Assembly (NCBI GenBank): GCA_003649205.1
Contig: QMRC01000001.1
Location: forward strand, 128,001 to 192,000
DNA length: 64,000 nt
Reading direction: 5' to 3'
Source: Thermoprotei archaeon
Lineage (GTDB): Archaea; Thermoproteota; Thermoprotei; Thermoproteales; B15-G16
Each line of letters starts with the position of its first letter. The first letter of the stretch is position 1. The notes under the pieces are model-generated. The model worked only from the letters and a program-made list of their open reading frames with translations, did not search any database and was not told where the DNA came from. A program made the position numbers and the translations under genes. Below are positions 1-10,859 of the stretch, one piece after another.

Positions 1-558
1 TAACTCAAAGTAATTCGGCTTAGCACCAGTCCTCTCACTAAACTTCTCAGGAGTACCAGCCTTCAAGCTAACTCTAACAACTACCTTATCCCTAAACCTA
101 CTCAATTCCTTGACATAGGACCTATCGTAGCCGAGAAGAATGCCATTTGTCTCAAGTATGAATAACCTAATATCAGACCTAGCTTCAATAAGCTCAAGTA
201 CTTGAACTAGGTGCTCCCTAGATATGGTCGGTTCACCACCACTAATACGAACTCTATCCCCACCTACACTCTTCATCAACTTCACTAAGGTATTAACAAC
301 CTCTTCAGGTGTGTAGAACCTACCATATCTCTCAGGGTAATCTCTAGAGGGTGGACTCCAGCAAAAGAAACACCTGAGATTACAACCAACAACAAACCCA
401 GTAGCGACACCACCATAGAACTTCACAACCTTGAAGTGGGTATACTTCCTAGCAACTCTAGTACCAACTCTCTTACAGACAATACTTTCAGTTAACCTAG
501 CTAACTCAATAGGATCAAAACGAGGTACCTTCGGTGTTAGCTCACGTACATAGACCAT
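1..558 (-). CDS. Radical SAM protein, runs off window start; paralog of 62938..63732
   Basis: Manual translation MVYVRELTPKVPRFDPIELARL...VGCNLRCFFCWS...ISGGEPT...LETNG...SLKAGTPEKFSERTGAKP; CxxxCxxC motif. Confidence 0.9.
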   Translation of the reverse strand, partial: MVYVRELTPKVPRFDPIELARLTESIVCKRVGTRVARKYTHFKVVKFYGGVATGFVVGCNLRCFFCWSPPSRDYPERYGRFYTPEEVVNTLVKLMKSVGGDRVRISGGEPTISREHLVQVLELIEARSDIRLFILETNGILLGYDRSYVKELSRFRDKVVVRVSLKAGTPEKFSERTGAKPNYFEL

Positions 559-566
559 AACGTGTA

Positions 567-1178
567 CTACTCCCTAGACCTCTCAATCCTTGGTGGTAGT
601 GATTTAAGTAACTTCTCGATCTTGTACTGGTTCATTGAAACTAACTTGAAGAGACACTCCATCCACCCTCTGTAGTCCTTCTCCATTAACTCCTTCTTAG
701 CGAACTCCCATAACTTCACAAGATCTTCATCTCCTGTACTCTTGACATCACGCTCCATCTCAAGGAAGATACTCACTAACTTATCCTTAGCTTCAGGAGC
801 TAGCACAGCAACCGTGATCAACTCTATGAAATCGCTCTGAACCTTTTGCCTAAGATTAAGCTCTTTAACTACTGAGCACACAGTACTATTGTACTCCTTC
901 AACTCTGTCTCAATTTCCTTAAGTTGTTGCTTAGTGACATTATACGATTTCTCAAGTTCTCTATACATCTTCTCCATTATGATGTACCTATCTCTGTAGC
1001 TACTCAATAGAGCTTTTGTGTGATTTAGCTCTGTAACTAATCTCCAGTAATCCTCCTTCACCTCCATTAACTCTGCACTGTACATGATGTGACATAGTGA
1101 GAAGGTAACGAGAGCAGTGATGGCGATTGCTAGTACCCAGGCGATATTCTTAATATTTATTGGTTTCAGGTTAGCCAC
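567..1178 (-). CDS. Hypothetical protein, N-terminal TM helix plus coiled coil
   Basis: 203 aa ORF, hydrophobic N-terminal segment, heptad-rich middle. Confidence 0.7.
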   Translation of the reverse strand: MANLKPINIKNIAWVLAIAITALVTFSLCHIMYSAELMEVKEDYWRLVTELNHTKALLSSYRDRYIIMEKMYRELEKSYNVTKQQLKEIETELKEYNSTVCSVVKELNLRQKVQSDFIELITVAVLAPEAKDKLVSIFLEMERDVKSTGDEDLVKLWEFAKKELMEKDYRGWMECLFKLVSMNQYKIEKLLKSLPPRIERSRE

Positions 1179-1246
1179 CTCACAGCGTATGGTGTTTGCT
1201 ACGTTATAAGCATTTGTGTTCAGGTGAAGTAGTGTATAGGTGATGG

Positions 1247-1750
1247 GTGTTACCTATGTCAGGTGAGGTACAGGAAGTACCCCTCAATGCCCTGAGGAAA
1301 CTACTTGGAGGGAAGAGACTTAGAGCTTACTTACTCGGAAACGTTATTGTATTAGCTAGTAGCCTTAATGACGTTAGGAAGAGTCTCTATGCTGTATCAG
1401 AACCACCTAGTATTCCTCTTGAAGTTCTCAGACGTGAGGTATGGAGTAGAGAGCCGGCTATAGCAGTTACTGAGAGATTTGGTGAGAAGGTGATTGTAAT
1501 ATCCGATATTGAGTCAGGTGACCTAGCTCTAATACTAGGCTCTATGGTAGCTTCACTCCTCTCAAATTTATCTCCAATGTACGTGAAGAGAGTTGATGTA
1601 GTCATCACGTACAGAGCATCAGAAGACGGAGGTTTCACAACAAGACATGAAGTACTTGTGTACTTGAGTAAGTTAATTAGAGATCATGAAGTTACCAATA
1701 TCGTGAAGATGATTGAGGAAAGGATCAGAGGTATTTTTAGCAGGAAGTAA
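1247..1750 (+). CDS. Uncharacterised protein, paralog of 61846..62334
   Basis: Shared motifs AVSEPP, RVDVVI and SEDGG. Confidence 0.8.
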   Translation: MLPMSGEVQEVPLNALRKLLGGKRLRAYLLGNVIVLASSLNDVRKSLYAVSEPPSIPLEVLRREVWSREPAIAVTERFGEKVIVISDIESGDLALILGSMVASLLSNLSPMYVKRVDVVITYRASEDGGFTTRHEVLVYLSKLIRDHEVTNIVKMIEERIRGIFSRK

Positions 1751-2531
1751 TTTTCAGAATTACCACTTTCACCAAAATGGGAGTGCAGAATTAACTCACA
1801 GCATCTTCCCAGCATCTCTATACTGTGAACATATTGGATTGTGGTACTCCTCCTCTCTTAACTAACATGATCTCTCAACTAAATTATCTATTTTAAGTCC
1901 TTCGTAATAACATCCAGCCACAGTGCTAGCTACTAGCACGAAGAGTAAAAACAATCTCAACACTATCCGTAAAGCCACACTCACTTTCACCAACATACCA
2001 CTCAAAGCAATAGGGTACTACGCCCACCATCGTACCTACAGAAATAGGGTAGAAAGCAAGCAACATCATGTGTATTTACTACGGAGCCACTACGTAGCTC
2101 TCAACATGATGATGTCCGTAAACTCATTACTTAAGGAGTACCGGGTTCTCATACTGACGTTCATACTAGATGGCTTAATCAAGCACTTCGTTCCTAAAGA
2201 GTAGCATTATTATTTATATTCCGTTGTTCTATTGTTATTCATACTTTTACTGGTGTTACCTTCAGAGCTGTTTAACTGTATGGAGCAGGTGCTTTCTGTA
2301 CCTGGTAGTGCCATACAGAATTGTTTCTCCTTTCAGATGGGTGTTTTACCTCTTCGATGACTGTTGTATTCCATGTGTGTACTATTGGTACTATAGTGAT
2401 TCTATTAGTGGAACTTTCGCTTACCTAGTAAGTCCTGTAGTGGTTCTATTATGTGTACACTATGGCATATCGGTCGTCTGAAAAGTAATTAATTGTCTTG
2501 AGTTACTGTTCTCTGTAGTGAGGAGTTTACA

Positions 2532-3782
2532 ATGGGTAAACTGGATCCCTATAGAATTCGAGAGGATTTCCCTATCCTCAAGCGTAGAATCGGTGATAAA
2601 CCTCTCGTCTACCTAGATAATGCAGCTTCAACTCTAAAGCCTATACAGGTTATTGAGGCTATAGCATCGTTCTACAAGGAGCACTATTCTAATGTATTTC
2701 GTGGTGTCTACACCTTGAGTAGAGAGGCTACTGAACTATATGAGGAAGCTCGTGAAGTTATTGCGAAGTTTGTGAATGCACGTTCTAGCTCTGAAATAGT
2801 ATTCACGTACAATGCAACTGAAGCGTTGAACATGGTTGCGTATGGTCTAGGTATGGAGGTTGTTGAGGAGGGGGATGAAATTGTTACTACTGTCATGGAG
2901 CATAACAGCAATTTACTTCCATGGATGCATGTTGCTAAGGTCAAGAAGGCGAGGTTAGTGATAGTAGACATAAATGATGGGGGTGAGCTAAATTATGAGC
3001 AATTGAGTAAGGTCATTAGTGAGAGAACTAAGGTAGTAACGATTACGCATGCGTCAAATGTTCTGGGTACAGTCAATGACTTGAAGACTATTGTTAAGAT
3101 CGCACATGAGGTTGGGGCTGTAGTTGTTGTGGATGGAGCGCAGTCAGTTCCTCACATGAAGGTAGATGTCAGGGATCTAGGTATTGACTTTCTAGCATTC
3201 AGCGGTCATAAGATGCTTGGACCTACAGGAATCGGTGTTCTCTGGGGGAGATTGGAGTTTCTTCAGGAGATGAAACCATTTAAGCTCGGTGGTGGTACTG
3301 TTAAGGAGGTTACGACGTGCTCCATAACCTATGAGGATCCTCCGAGGAGATTTGAAGCAGGTACACCGAATGTAGCAGGTGCAGTAGGTCTCATGGAGGC
3401 TGCGAGGTACCTCATGAGGTTAGGTATGGAGGAAGTTCATAGACATGAAGTTGAACTGCTTAGGTACACACTTAAGTTATTTGAGGAAGATCTTCACGAC
3501 TACATCATGATTTATGGTCCTAGAGATCCAGAGAAGAGATGTGGCATCATTACCTTTAACCTACGTGGACTAGATTCATACACTGTAGGGAAGATGCTTG
3601 ATGAGTACGGTATTGCTGTAAGGGTAGGGACGCACTGTGCTCACTTATTGCATCAGAGGCTTGGCGTTGAAGGTACTGTTAGAGTAAGCTACTACATCTA
3701 CAACACTAAAGAAGAAGTTGAATACCTAGCGGAATCACTTCACGATATTGTGGGAAATCATTGTTCAGCAAGATACTGCTAA
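2532..3782 (+). CDS. sufS: Cysteine desulfurase, SufS class
   Basis: YLDNAAST, SGHKMLGPTG (PLP Lys), RVGTHCAH (catalytic Cys). Confidence 0.93.
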   Translation: MGKLDPYRIREDFPILKRRIGDKPLVYLDNAASTLKPIQVIEAIASFYKEHYSNVFRGVYTLSREATELYEEAREVIAKFVNARSSSEIVFTYNATEALNMVAYGLGMEVVEEGDEIVTTVMEHNSNLLPWMHVAKVKKARLVIVDINDGGELNYEQLSKVISERTKVVTITHASNVLGTVNDLKTIVKIAHEVGAVVVVDGAQSVPHMKVDVRDLGIDFLAFSGHKMLGPTGIGVLWGRLEFLQEMKPFKLGGGTVKEVTTCSITYEDPPRRFEAGTPNVAGAVGLMEAARYLMRLGMEEVHRHEVELLRYTLKLFEEDLHDYIMIYGPRDPEKRCGIITFNLRGLDSYTVGKMLDEYGIAVRVGTHCAHLLHQRLGVEGTVRVSYYIYNTKEEVEYLAESLHDIVGNHCSARYC

Positions 3783-3824
3783 GTATTGAATTTATAAAGC
3801 GATCTTAGTTATTGTCTCCAATTT

Positions 3825-4886
3825 GTGAGCAAGCCAGTGATCTCCATCTACGGTACAGTGTATAATAATGTTAGGACCATACGGACATGTATCACATCCC
3901 TAGCTAAGGCACTTCAGGCTACTGGCATTAGTTGGGAAGTTGTTGTAGTAGACAATTTCTCGAATGATGGTACGTACGAAGCTCTAGTTGAATTAAGTAG
4001 TCTCTATCCCATTAGGTGTATTCGTGAGAAATGCAGTAGAGGTAAGGGAAGAGACATAGCATTACGTCACACACGTGGAGATTACGTCATGTATATTGAC
4101 TTCGATAAGTACTTCACAGAGGAATTCGGCAAGTTAGTCACTGGCTTACTCAAGATCTGTAAACAAAATGAGGTCTACACACCCTATGGCTTTAGCTTAA
4201 GGGAGACAACTATAAGGTTTGGTGGTTGGGTAGACCTAAATCATGGTGAAGATGCTGAGTTCTTTGCTAGAAGTTGTGTAAAGGGAGTTGTAAGGAGAGT
4301 TTTAACTCCTCCATTTTCACTTGAAGAACCTGTTCATCTTCTTCGGAGACGGGGGAGGTATGTCAAAAGTAAGTTGTCATTCTATAGAAGGTTACTTCGA
4401 GATAGACTAGATAGCTTTAGAGGATGTTCATCATCCTACAGACACCTAAGAGAAGTCCACATAGCTAATTCTCGCAATCTAAGAGCTAAATTAGTTAAGT
4501 GCCTGCTATATCTGTTGTCTAGACTACTAGGGCAGTACAAATACAGTAAGTACCTTAGAAATAATGAGTTAGTCCTCTACCGAGAGCGATATGTTCTTCC
4601 TGATGACATCGGATTCCCTAGAGATTATCTCTATTTCATTTGTTACCTCGATACTCTGAGTGATCTTGGATTGAAGATATTGATCAAGAAGTTAGAAGGC
4701 ATAGTAAGTGAGTGTCTTAAGAGAGGATACGAAGGTATTAGAATTCAGGTATCTGCACGAAGTAGGGTTATGTACCTCACCTATCTTAATCCTGAAAGAG
4801 TCTTGCCATACATTAACTATACCGAGATCATAAGATCAGTGTACAGGGGGAGTACGTGGTACAGCATAGTTCTAATGTTTAGGTAA
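3825..4886 (+). CDS. Glycosyltransferase family 2
   Basis: VVVDNFSNDGT, DxD-like YIDFD. Confidence 0.85.
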   Translation: MSKPVISIYGTVYNNVRTIRTCITSLAKALQATGISWEVVVVDNFSNDGTYEALVELSSLYPIRCIREKCSRGKGRDIALRHTRGDYVMYIDFDKYFTEEFGKLVTGLLKICKQNEVYTPYGFSLRETTIRFGGWVDLNHGEDAEFFARSCVKGVVRRVLTPPFSLEEPVHLLRRRGRYVKSKLSFYRRLLRDRLDSFRGCSSSYRHLREVHIANSRNLRAKLVKCLLYLLSRLLGQYKYSKYLRNNELVLYRERYVLPDDIGFPRDYLYFICYLDTLSDLGLKILIKKLEGIVSECLKRGYEGIRIQVSARSRVMYLTYLNPERVLPYINYTEIIRSVYRGSTWYSIVLMFR

Positions 4887-4935
4887 TCAGTAGCGAAAAT
4901 ACTCTTCATCACTCAGGCCTCCGGGTTTTCATCAC
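4887..4935 (-). ncRNA. C/D-box guide sRNA
   Basis: Minus strand reads GTGATGA-AAACCCGGAGGC-CTGA-G-TGATGA-AGAGTATTTTCGCTA-CTGA in intergenic space. Confidence 0.85.
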
Positions 4936-5001
4936 TCTTTCTTCGCCATTATTTTATGTGTCTACAGCTTCTTGGGTTAAAGCACTATCCTTAAATGTAT
5001 T

Positions 5002-6513
5002 TTGAATATTTTGATAGTGGTGTCGTTACTAGTACCGATTTCAGCTAGAAACGTTGTATCATATCTATCTCTCACACTCTTGGTTACATGCATTTTTCTT
5101 GGGATATCTGGTCTCGTGGGTCTGCTCTATGGTGCTGCTATCGGATCTATTAAGGAGCTATACTCTGGGTCTGTACTATTTTTAGAAGGTACATTAAGTG
5201 CTATGTTGCTCTACCTAATCTACATATTTACAAGAATTGAGAGACCAATTACGGTCCTTGAGGCTTTTCTAATAGTCGTACTCACTTGGTTGATTTCACC
5301 ATTTATTGCTGCTGTACCCTTTGCTGTGATCTCGGGATTGCCCTTTCTTGATGCTATGTTTGAGGCAGTAAGTGGTTTAACAGGGACGGGATTGACAGTT
5401 ATGTCGCATGTAATAGAGCTTCAACCCGTATCTATTAAGCTTCTTCGTGGCTTCCTTCAGTGGTATGGTGAGATGGGTATTGCTGTTGCTGCGATAGCTA
5501 TATTCTCTAGACCAGGTACTGTAACAGCTCCTCTATACCTAGCTGAGGGTAGAGGTGGTAGAATTGAGGTTACTGTTAAGGGTACTGCACGGACGATACT
5601 CAGGATATACCTCGTATATACTCTCCTCTGTACACTAGCTCTCCTCCTCACGGGTATGACGCCTCTTGATGCATTTGTCCACAGTATGACTGCTGTTGCT
5701 ACAGGTGGCTTCAGTAACTGGCATGATAGCTTGAAGCACTACGCTGATCTCCTAGGACCAAGATTTCTACCTATGGAGGTAGCTGTGGTGCTCTTCATGA
5801 TACTGGGTGCAATTAGCTTCATAGATCATGCCAAGCTATTTAGAGGTGATGTCCGTGGCTTCTTCTCAATCGAGACAAACACCTTACTAATACTACTTGC
5901 GTTATCTTCATTATCAACAGTAGTAACGTACATGCTTGTAGATGGTGTTAGCACACCTAAAGCTATTGAGCTGGGGATCTTCCATGCTGTATCAGCACTT
6001 ACCACGACAGGATTCCAAATAGAAGATCTATGTAAGGTCAGTGATGCCACTAAGGTTATACTTGCTTTCTCAATGATAATAGGTGGCTGTACCTGCTCAA
6101 CAGTTGGTGGTATCAAGGTCTACAGACTCATTGTGCTACTGAAGTACCTTCAGTGGCTACTAAAGTCAACACTCTACCCATCTCACATACTCATTAAGAG
6201 GATTGTTGGTGGAAGAACTTTAACAGATGATGTAGTTGCTAGGGTAACCTCATTTACCTCACTGTACCTCTTCACACTACTCATAAGTAGCTCCATACTC
6301 ACAGCACTTGGCTACAGATTTGTTGATTCTTTCTTCGAAGTTGCTTCAGCTATGGGTTGTGTTGGTCTATCAGTTGGTATAACGTCACCACAACTACATC
6401 CTCTCGGTAAGGTTATCTTGATGGTGGATATGCTACTCGGTAAACTAGAGTTCTACCCATTTCTCGTAGCTACGTACGCTATGATCGGGAAGTTAAAGAC
6501 TAGAATTAGCTAG
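5002..6513 (+). CDS. trkH: Trk potassium uptake membrane protein
   Basis: Repeated pore loops SGLTGTG, ATGGF, TTTGF, GCVGLS; STVGGIK. Confidence 0.93.
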   Translation: MNILIVVSLLVPISARNVVSYLSLTLLVTCIFLGISGLVGLLYGAAIGSIKELYSGSVLFLEGTLSAMLLYLIYIFTRIERPITVLEAFLIVVLTWLISPFIAAVPFAVISGLPFLDAMFEAVSGLTGTGLTVMSHVIELQPVSIKLLRGFLQWYGEMGIAVAAIAIFSRPGTVTAPLYLAEGRGGRIEVTVKGTARTILRIYLVYTLLCTLALLLTGMTPLDAFVHSMTAVATGGFSNWHDSLKHYADLLGPRFLPMEVAVVLFMILGAISFIDHAKLFRGDVRGFFSIETNTLLILLALSSLSTVVTYMLVDGVSTPKAIELGIFHAVSALTTTGFQIEDLCKVSDATKVILAFSMIIGGCTCSTVGGIKVYRLIVLLKYLQWLLKSTLYPSHILIKRIVGGRTLTDDVVARVTSFTSLYLFTLLISSSILTALGYRFVDSFFEVASAMGCVGLSVGITSPQLHPLGKVILMVDMLLGKLEFYPFLVATYAMIGKLKTRIS

Positions 6514-7916
6514 ACTAGCTGTAGGTACTTCGTATACTCCCAATCACTAACTATATTCCACGTACTTTCCCAAGAACCAACTTCTCTCACGTACTCACTC
6601 CACTCAAGCTTCTTGATCCTCAGTATATGCTCATTGAATTCACGTGGAAAGTACTTGTAGAGTGGTGAATTCGTGTAAAGTATCATAGCGTGTTCTAGAT
6701 TTACCGGTAATTTCCTCTCAAAACTCACATCTACCTCATAAGCACTGGTGTATATTGGTGGATCTGGTTCAATTCTCTGCTCGAGAGCTAGCATTATCGA
6801 GTATACTACAGATGCCAGCCCTATGTACGGGTTGAAGGATGCATCAGGTAATCTGAACTCTATCCTAGTAGTTAACTGGTTTCCATAGTGAGGTACCCTA
6901 ACGAGAGCTGACCTATTACCTACACCCCACGTAATTGTTGTTGGTGCTTCATAACCAGGAACTAACCTCTTATACGAGTTCACGAGAGGAGCTACGAGAA
7001 AGCACATAGACTTAGCAAACTTAAGTAAACCACCGATAACCAACCTACCGATCTCTGTTAAGACGCCCCTTTCAAAGCATATATTCTCATCAGTATCTAG
7101 CCGATGTAGGCTGATATGTAGGTGAGCACCACTACCATTTAGACCCCAAAAAGGCTTTGGCATGAATGTAGCTACTAGACCGTACTTGTCGGTAACACAC
7201 CTAGCAATGTACCTGTGGATCACGATCTTATCAGCTAGCTTCAGAGCATCATCAAACTTTAAGTCAATTTCGTACTGACCAGGAGCTACCTCATGATGAA
7301 TCTTAAGTACCTTAAATCCACATCTACGAAGGTACTCAGCTATCTCCAAAACAACGTTCTCACACTTAGCAACAGGACCGACCTCAAAGTACCTACCTTC
7401 ATCAGCTGGGACAGGTCTACCATCAACTAGCTTAACTAGGAAGAACTCAAGCTCAACACCAACCTTGAGCCTCAATCCCTTCTCCTCCAACAACTTCAGT
7501 GCAGACCTAAGTACCTCACGAGAGTAGTTAGGAAGAGGCTTTCCCTCACCAACATAAACATCACAGATAACAGAAGCCACCCTATTACTCAACCACCACT
7601 CAGTGAAGAGAGTAGAGATATCAGGAACAGCATACACATCACTTTCATGTACTGAACGAAGACCGGGAATAGAGGAACCATCGAAACCAAATCCAGATCT
7701 AAAGATATCAATAGCTTCATCAAGTGGAACTAACTCACCCTTCAAACCACCATGAATATCCACAACAAGGAACCTAACGTATTTAATAGATAGCTTCCTC
7801 AAGAACTTAACAACTTCATCAACATCAGTAAATGCACCAATGCACATCGAGCCCTCACAGCAATAGCACGAAGAGCAATATATCGTTTTCTCAAAGTAGT
7901 GTAATGTAGTAGGCAC
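6510..7916 (-). CDS. glnA: Glutamine synthetase type I family (true start probably slightly downstream)
   Basis: FDGSSI, HHEVAPGQYEI, FMPKPF, NGSGAHLHIS, NRSALVRVP, RIEFRLPD. Confidence 0.92.
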   Translation of the reverse strand: MPTTLHYFEKTIYCSSCYCCEGSMCIGAFTDVDEVVKFLRKLSIKYVRFLVVDIHGGLKGELVPLDEAIDIFRSGFGFDGSSIPGLRSVHESDVYAVPDISTLFTEWWLSNRVASVICDVYVGEGKPLPNYSREVLRSALKLLEEKGLRLKVGVELEFFLVKLVDGRPVPADEGRYFEVGPVAKCENVVLEIAEYLRRCGFKVLKIHHEVAPGQYEIDLKFDDALKLADKIVIHRYIARCVTDKYGLVATFMPKPFWGLNGSGAHLHISLHRLDTDENICFERGVLTEIGRLVIGGLLKFAKSMCFLVAPLVNSYKRLVPGYEAPTTITWGVGNRSALVRVPHYGNQLTTRIEFRLPDASFNPYIGLASVVYSIMLALEQRIEPDPPIYTSAYEVDVSFERKLPVNLEHAMILYTNSPLYKYFPREFNEHILRIKKLEWSEYVREVGSWESTWNIVSDWEYTKYLQLV

Positions 7917-7971
7917 GAACTAACCATGAAATAAACCTATAAACCCCCGAAGAAACTCAATGTCTTGAAGA

Positions 7972-8063
7972 GCCGGGGTGGCCGAGCCAGGTCTAAGGCG
8001 CGGGCCTTGAGAGCCCGTGGCCCCATGGGGGCCGCGTGGGTTCAAATCCCACCCCCGGCGCCA
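7972..8063 (+). tRNA. tRNA-Ser(TGA)
   Basis: Cloverleaf with CGGGC-CTTGAGA-GCCCG, long variable arm, GTTCAAATC, encoded CCA. Confidence 0.95.
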
Positions 8064-9130
8064 ATTCTCATCCCTAACTCCTCAAGCAATCTCTCGTAGA
8101 ACTCCCTCGGCTGTAGTTCATAAAACTCATCCCTAGCTTCCTGAAATATGTGAAGCCTAATGTCGAGACATAGGTGACATTTCGAGACATAACCGTCCTT
8201 ACGCTCTCTATATCCATAGTTCTCAACAGCAAACCTATACAACTCACCCAATCCCTTAGTCAGAGCACGTAGAATGGGGTAGTTATCGAGGTCAAGACCA
8301 CTGAGAATATCCTCCAACCTCCTAGCATCACCAAGACTCAAACCAGCGCAGTAACCAGGTACATAGTTGAAGAAGCAATCCACATGAATGTGCCATGGTC
8401 TAGTCAAGTCGTAGAGACAGTTCTCATGGAAGAAGTACTTTGCAGGATACCTCTCGTAGATGTAGTTTAGCCTGTACACAGCTCTACCCATAGGGAGAAT
8501 GAGGTCAGGGCTAAGATACGTACCGTAGTCACTACCAATCAATGACAGGTAATCCTCAAACCTCAATCTACCCCTAACACCAAGCACCTTAAACTGATGG
8601 TAGTAGATAGGATAGAACACAATGACATTACCCTCACCAAAGACCTCTCTAGCAATCTCAACAGCAAGATCAATTCTCTCAAAAGGAACAAACTCAATAA
8701 CAAAAGGATTAACACTAATCAAGACACCATCAAGACCCCTATCATATAGCTCACGAAATCTCTCATAAACAACCTCACGACTAGTACACCAAAAGCAATT
8801 AGTCTCAACAAAGAGACCAGGAACACCAACATCCTTAGCAACCTCAACAGCACGAAGCAGGATATCGTACCTAAGAAAAGGTTCACCACCAGTTAAGTGA
8901 AGACCATAGTTAAGACCAAGCAACCTCCTCCTATGAAAGACCTCAGGAGGATAGTATAACCTAAAGCAAGAAACCAACTTCTCAAGAACAACCCTAAGAC
9001 CAGCAAGATCAATCCAGTAATCACACCACCTAGGAGAACAAACGTACATACAGTGCCTACACTCACAACAACACCTATACGTAAGGAAGACCCCAGCAGA
9101 CAAAGGAGGTCTAGGTCTAAGAAACTTCAT
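8042..9130 (-). CDS. Radical SAM protein
   Basis: CCCECRHC (CxxxCxxC), LTGGEPF, ETN, C-terminal KCHLC. Confidence 0.88.
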   Translation of the reverse strand: MKFLRPRPPLSAGVFLTYRCCCECRHCMYVCSPRWCDYWIDLAGLRVVLEKLVSCFRLYYPPEVFHRRRLLGLNYGLHLTGGEPFLRYDILLRAVEVAKDVGVPGLFVETNCFWCTSREVVYERFRELYDRGLDGVLISVNPFVIEFVPFERIDLAVEIAREVFGEGNVIVFYPIYYHQFKVLGVRGRLRFEDYLSLIGSDYGTYLSPDLILPMGRAVYRLNYIYERYPAKYFFHENCLYDLTRPWHIHVDCFFNYVPGYCAGLSLGDARRLEDILSGLDLDNYPILRALTKGLGELYRFAVENYGYRERKDGYVSKCHLCLDIRLHIFQEARDEFYELQPREFYERLLEELGMRIGAGGGI

Positions 9131-9230
9131 GATAGAACACCTAATCCACTAATACACTCATACCATTAGTCCAAGTCCAGAGTCAAGAGAAAAAATAATT
9201 CCCTTCTTCGGCAGTATATCAGGAGATTTC

Positions 9231-10600
9231 ATGATAAAGTTAAAGGTAAGCTATAGAGTACTTCTAGTGCTGGTCTGTATACTAGTTATCTCAGCACTAG
9301 TACCACTTATACTGCTTAATTTAGACAATCTAAAGAGCCTCAATCCCAACCCCATACAAATACTAAGTAAAAATGAAGGTGACAACGAAGTAAAGATTGT
9401 GGTAGTCAAAGTAAGGGTACTTCTTTGGGATGGAAAAGAGCTAAAACCTGTCACTAGAGTACATACGTACTTTAGAGGACCAATGAACTACACTCTATTG
9501 AGAGAACTCGAAGTTCTGCATACAGAAGTTCAAGAATTACTTCTATCCCTAGCTAAAAAATAGACCTAGCTAAGGAATACTTTAGAGCAAAGGGCATCGA
9601 GATCATTGATACTAGCATATGGATTAATGCTACAGCATTAATTAAAGGTAAGAAACAGGGCGTACTCTACGTAGTTGTTAAGGAAGTAACAAATCAAACG
9701 TACAGAGAAATTCTCGATTATTTAGGTAAAGTACCTACATTTGTCCGCATTGAGTTGGTAGATGCAGTAGCAACTTTAGAGGATGTAGTTAAAGCAGCTA
9801 AGTTATTATCGAAAGAATGGATTAATGGATCACTTAGAGATATGCCTATACTTTACATTGGGCATAGAATGCTACCTTACGATAATTTACCTCCACTAGG
9901 ACCTACAGTTGTGGTTTTCTTCAAGGAGGGAGAACTACGTTATGAGTACTGCTTGAAAATAATTGAGCTTGTACGTGAGAAAGTTGGTACAGTACCTATA
10001 TTGTTTGAACAAGGTAAACTAGTTTTACTTGGTAAACAGGATTATAATAGACCGTTAGTTGGTGGTATCAGAGTAGAGTCTGGTTATATTGATGAGTAGG
10101 GTGTATGGAATCTCTATGGTATAGGTACGTTGGGTTTCTATGCTTTAAGGAATGGAGAGAAAGGCATTGTTATTGCCGGTCATATCACGGAGGAAGGTGC
10201 TGAAGTTCATTAACCCACATTTTCTAACTACATAGGTGAAACCATTCCCAATCCTCACCCTCCAAGGTGGGTATAGCGATTCAGCATGGGTTAAAGTGGT
10301 TGTGGACATTAGCTTCATGATATACCCAGACATCGAAGTTATAGGCAAGCTATACTCATATGAGCTTAAAGTAGGTACTGTACTTCATCTACAAGGTGCT
10401 TTTAGTTGCCTTTCTGGATGGGAATTTAGATACATAATACCAGAGGTAGATCACCCAGAATATGGTCGCTTATGTAATCAGGCGTATGCTGTAGAGTAGT
10501 ATGTTCCCTATGGGTTGGAGAGAGGTGATTTTTATATATGGTGTTCCTGTTGCCTACATAGCAGGTATTTTCTGGATGACCTACATTGTATACAGCACTC
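9231..10600 (+). pseudogene. Decayed membrane-anchored trypsin-like (S1) serine peptidase; end approximate
   Basis: N-terminal TM; RPLVGGIRV..*GVWNLYGIGTLGFYALRNGEKGIVIAGH..VH*PT..GGYSDSAWV; in-frame stops and frameshifts. Confidence 0.7.
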
Positions 10601-10679
10601 CTGTAGCTATAGTTTTTAGCCCTATAGATGGTATCGAGCATGACCTAGGTACTCTAGACGTTACACCATAGACGATTGC

Positions 10680-10717
10680 CCTTTTCTTTAAATTATAACC
10701 TTTTCTTTAAATTATAA
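10680..10717. repeat. Perfect 19-bp tandem duplication (CCTTTTCTTTAAATTATAA x2)
   Basis: Read directly from sequence. Confidence 0.9.
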
Positions 10718-10859
10718 GTGGTTTATTGATTTGATTTTGCATTTATTCGTTTTACAGCTAGTTGCAGTTTACAGGTTTGAACATGTTCACCGAGGGTGAG
10801 GTTGAAAATTTATTCTGCTCTCTACCTAGGTTGGTGGTGTTTTGTTGGTGTTTTTGGAA

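Noticed and set aside
1800-2481. ORFs 1923..2204 and 2224..2481
   Set aside because: No motifs and atypical composition; at most a decayed minus-strand membrane gene that I cannot assign
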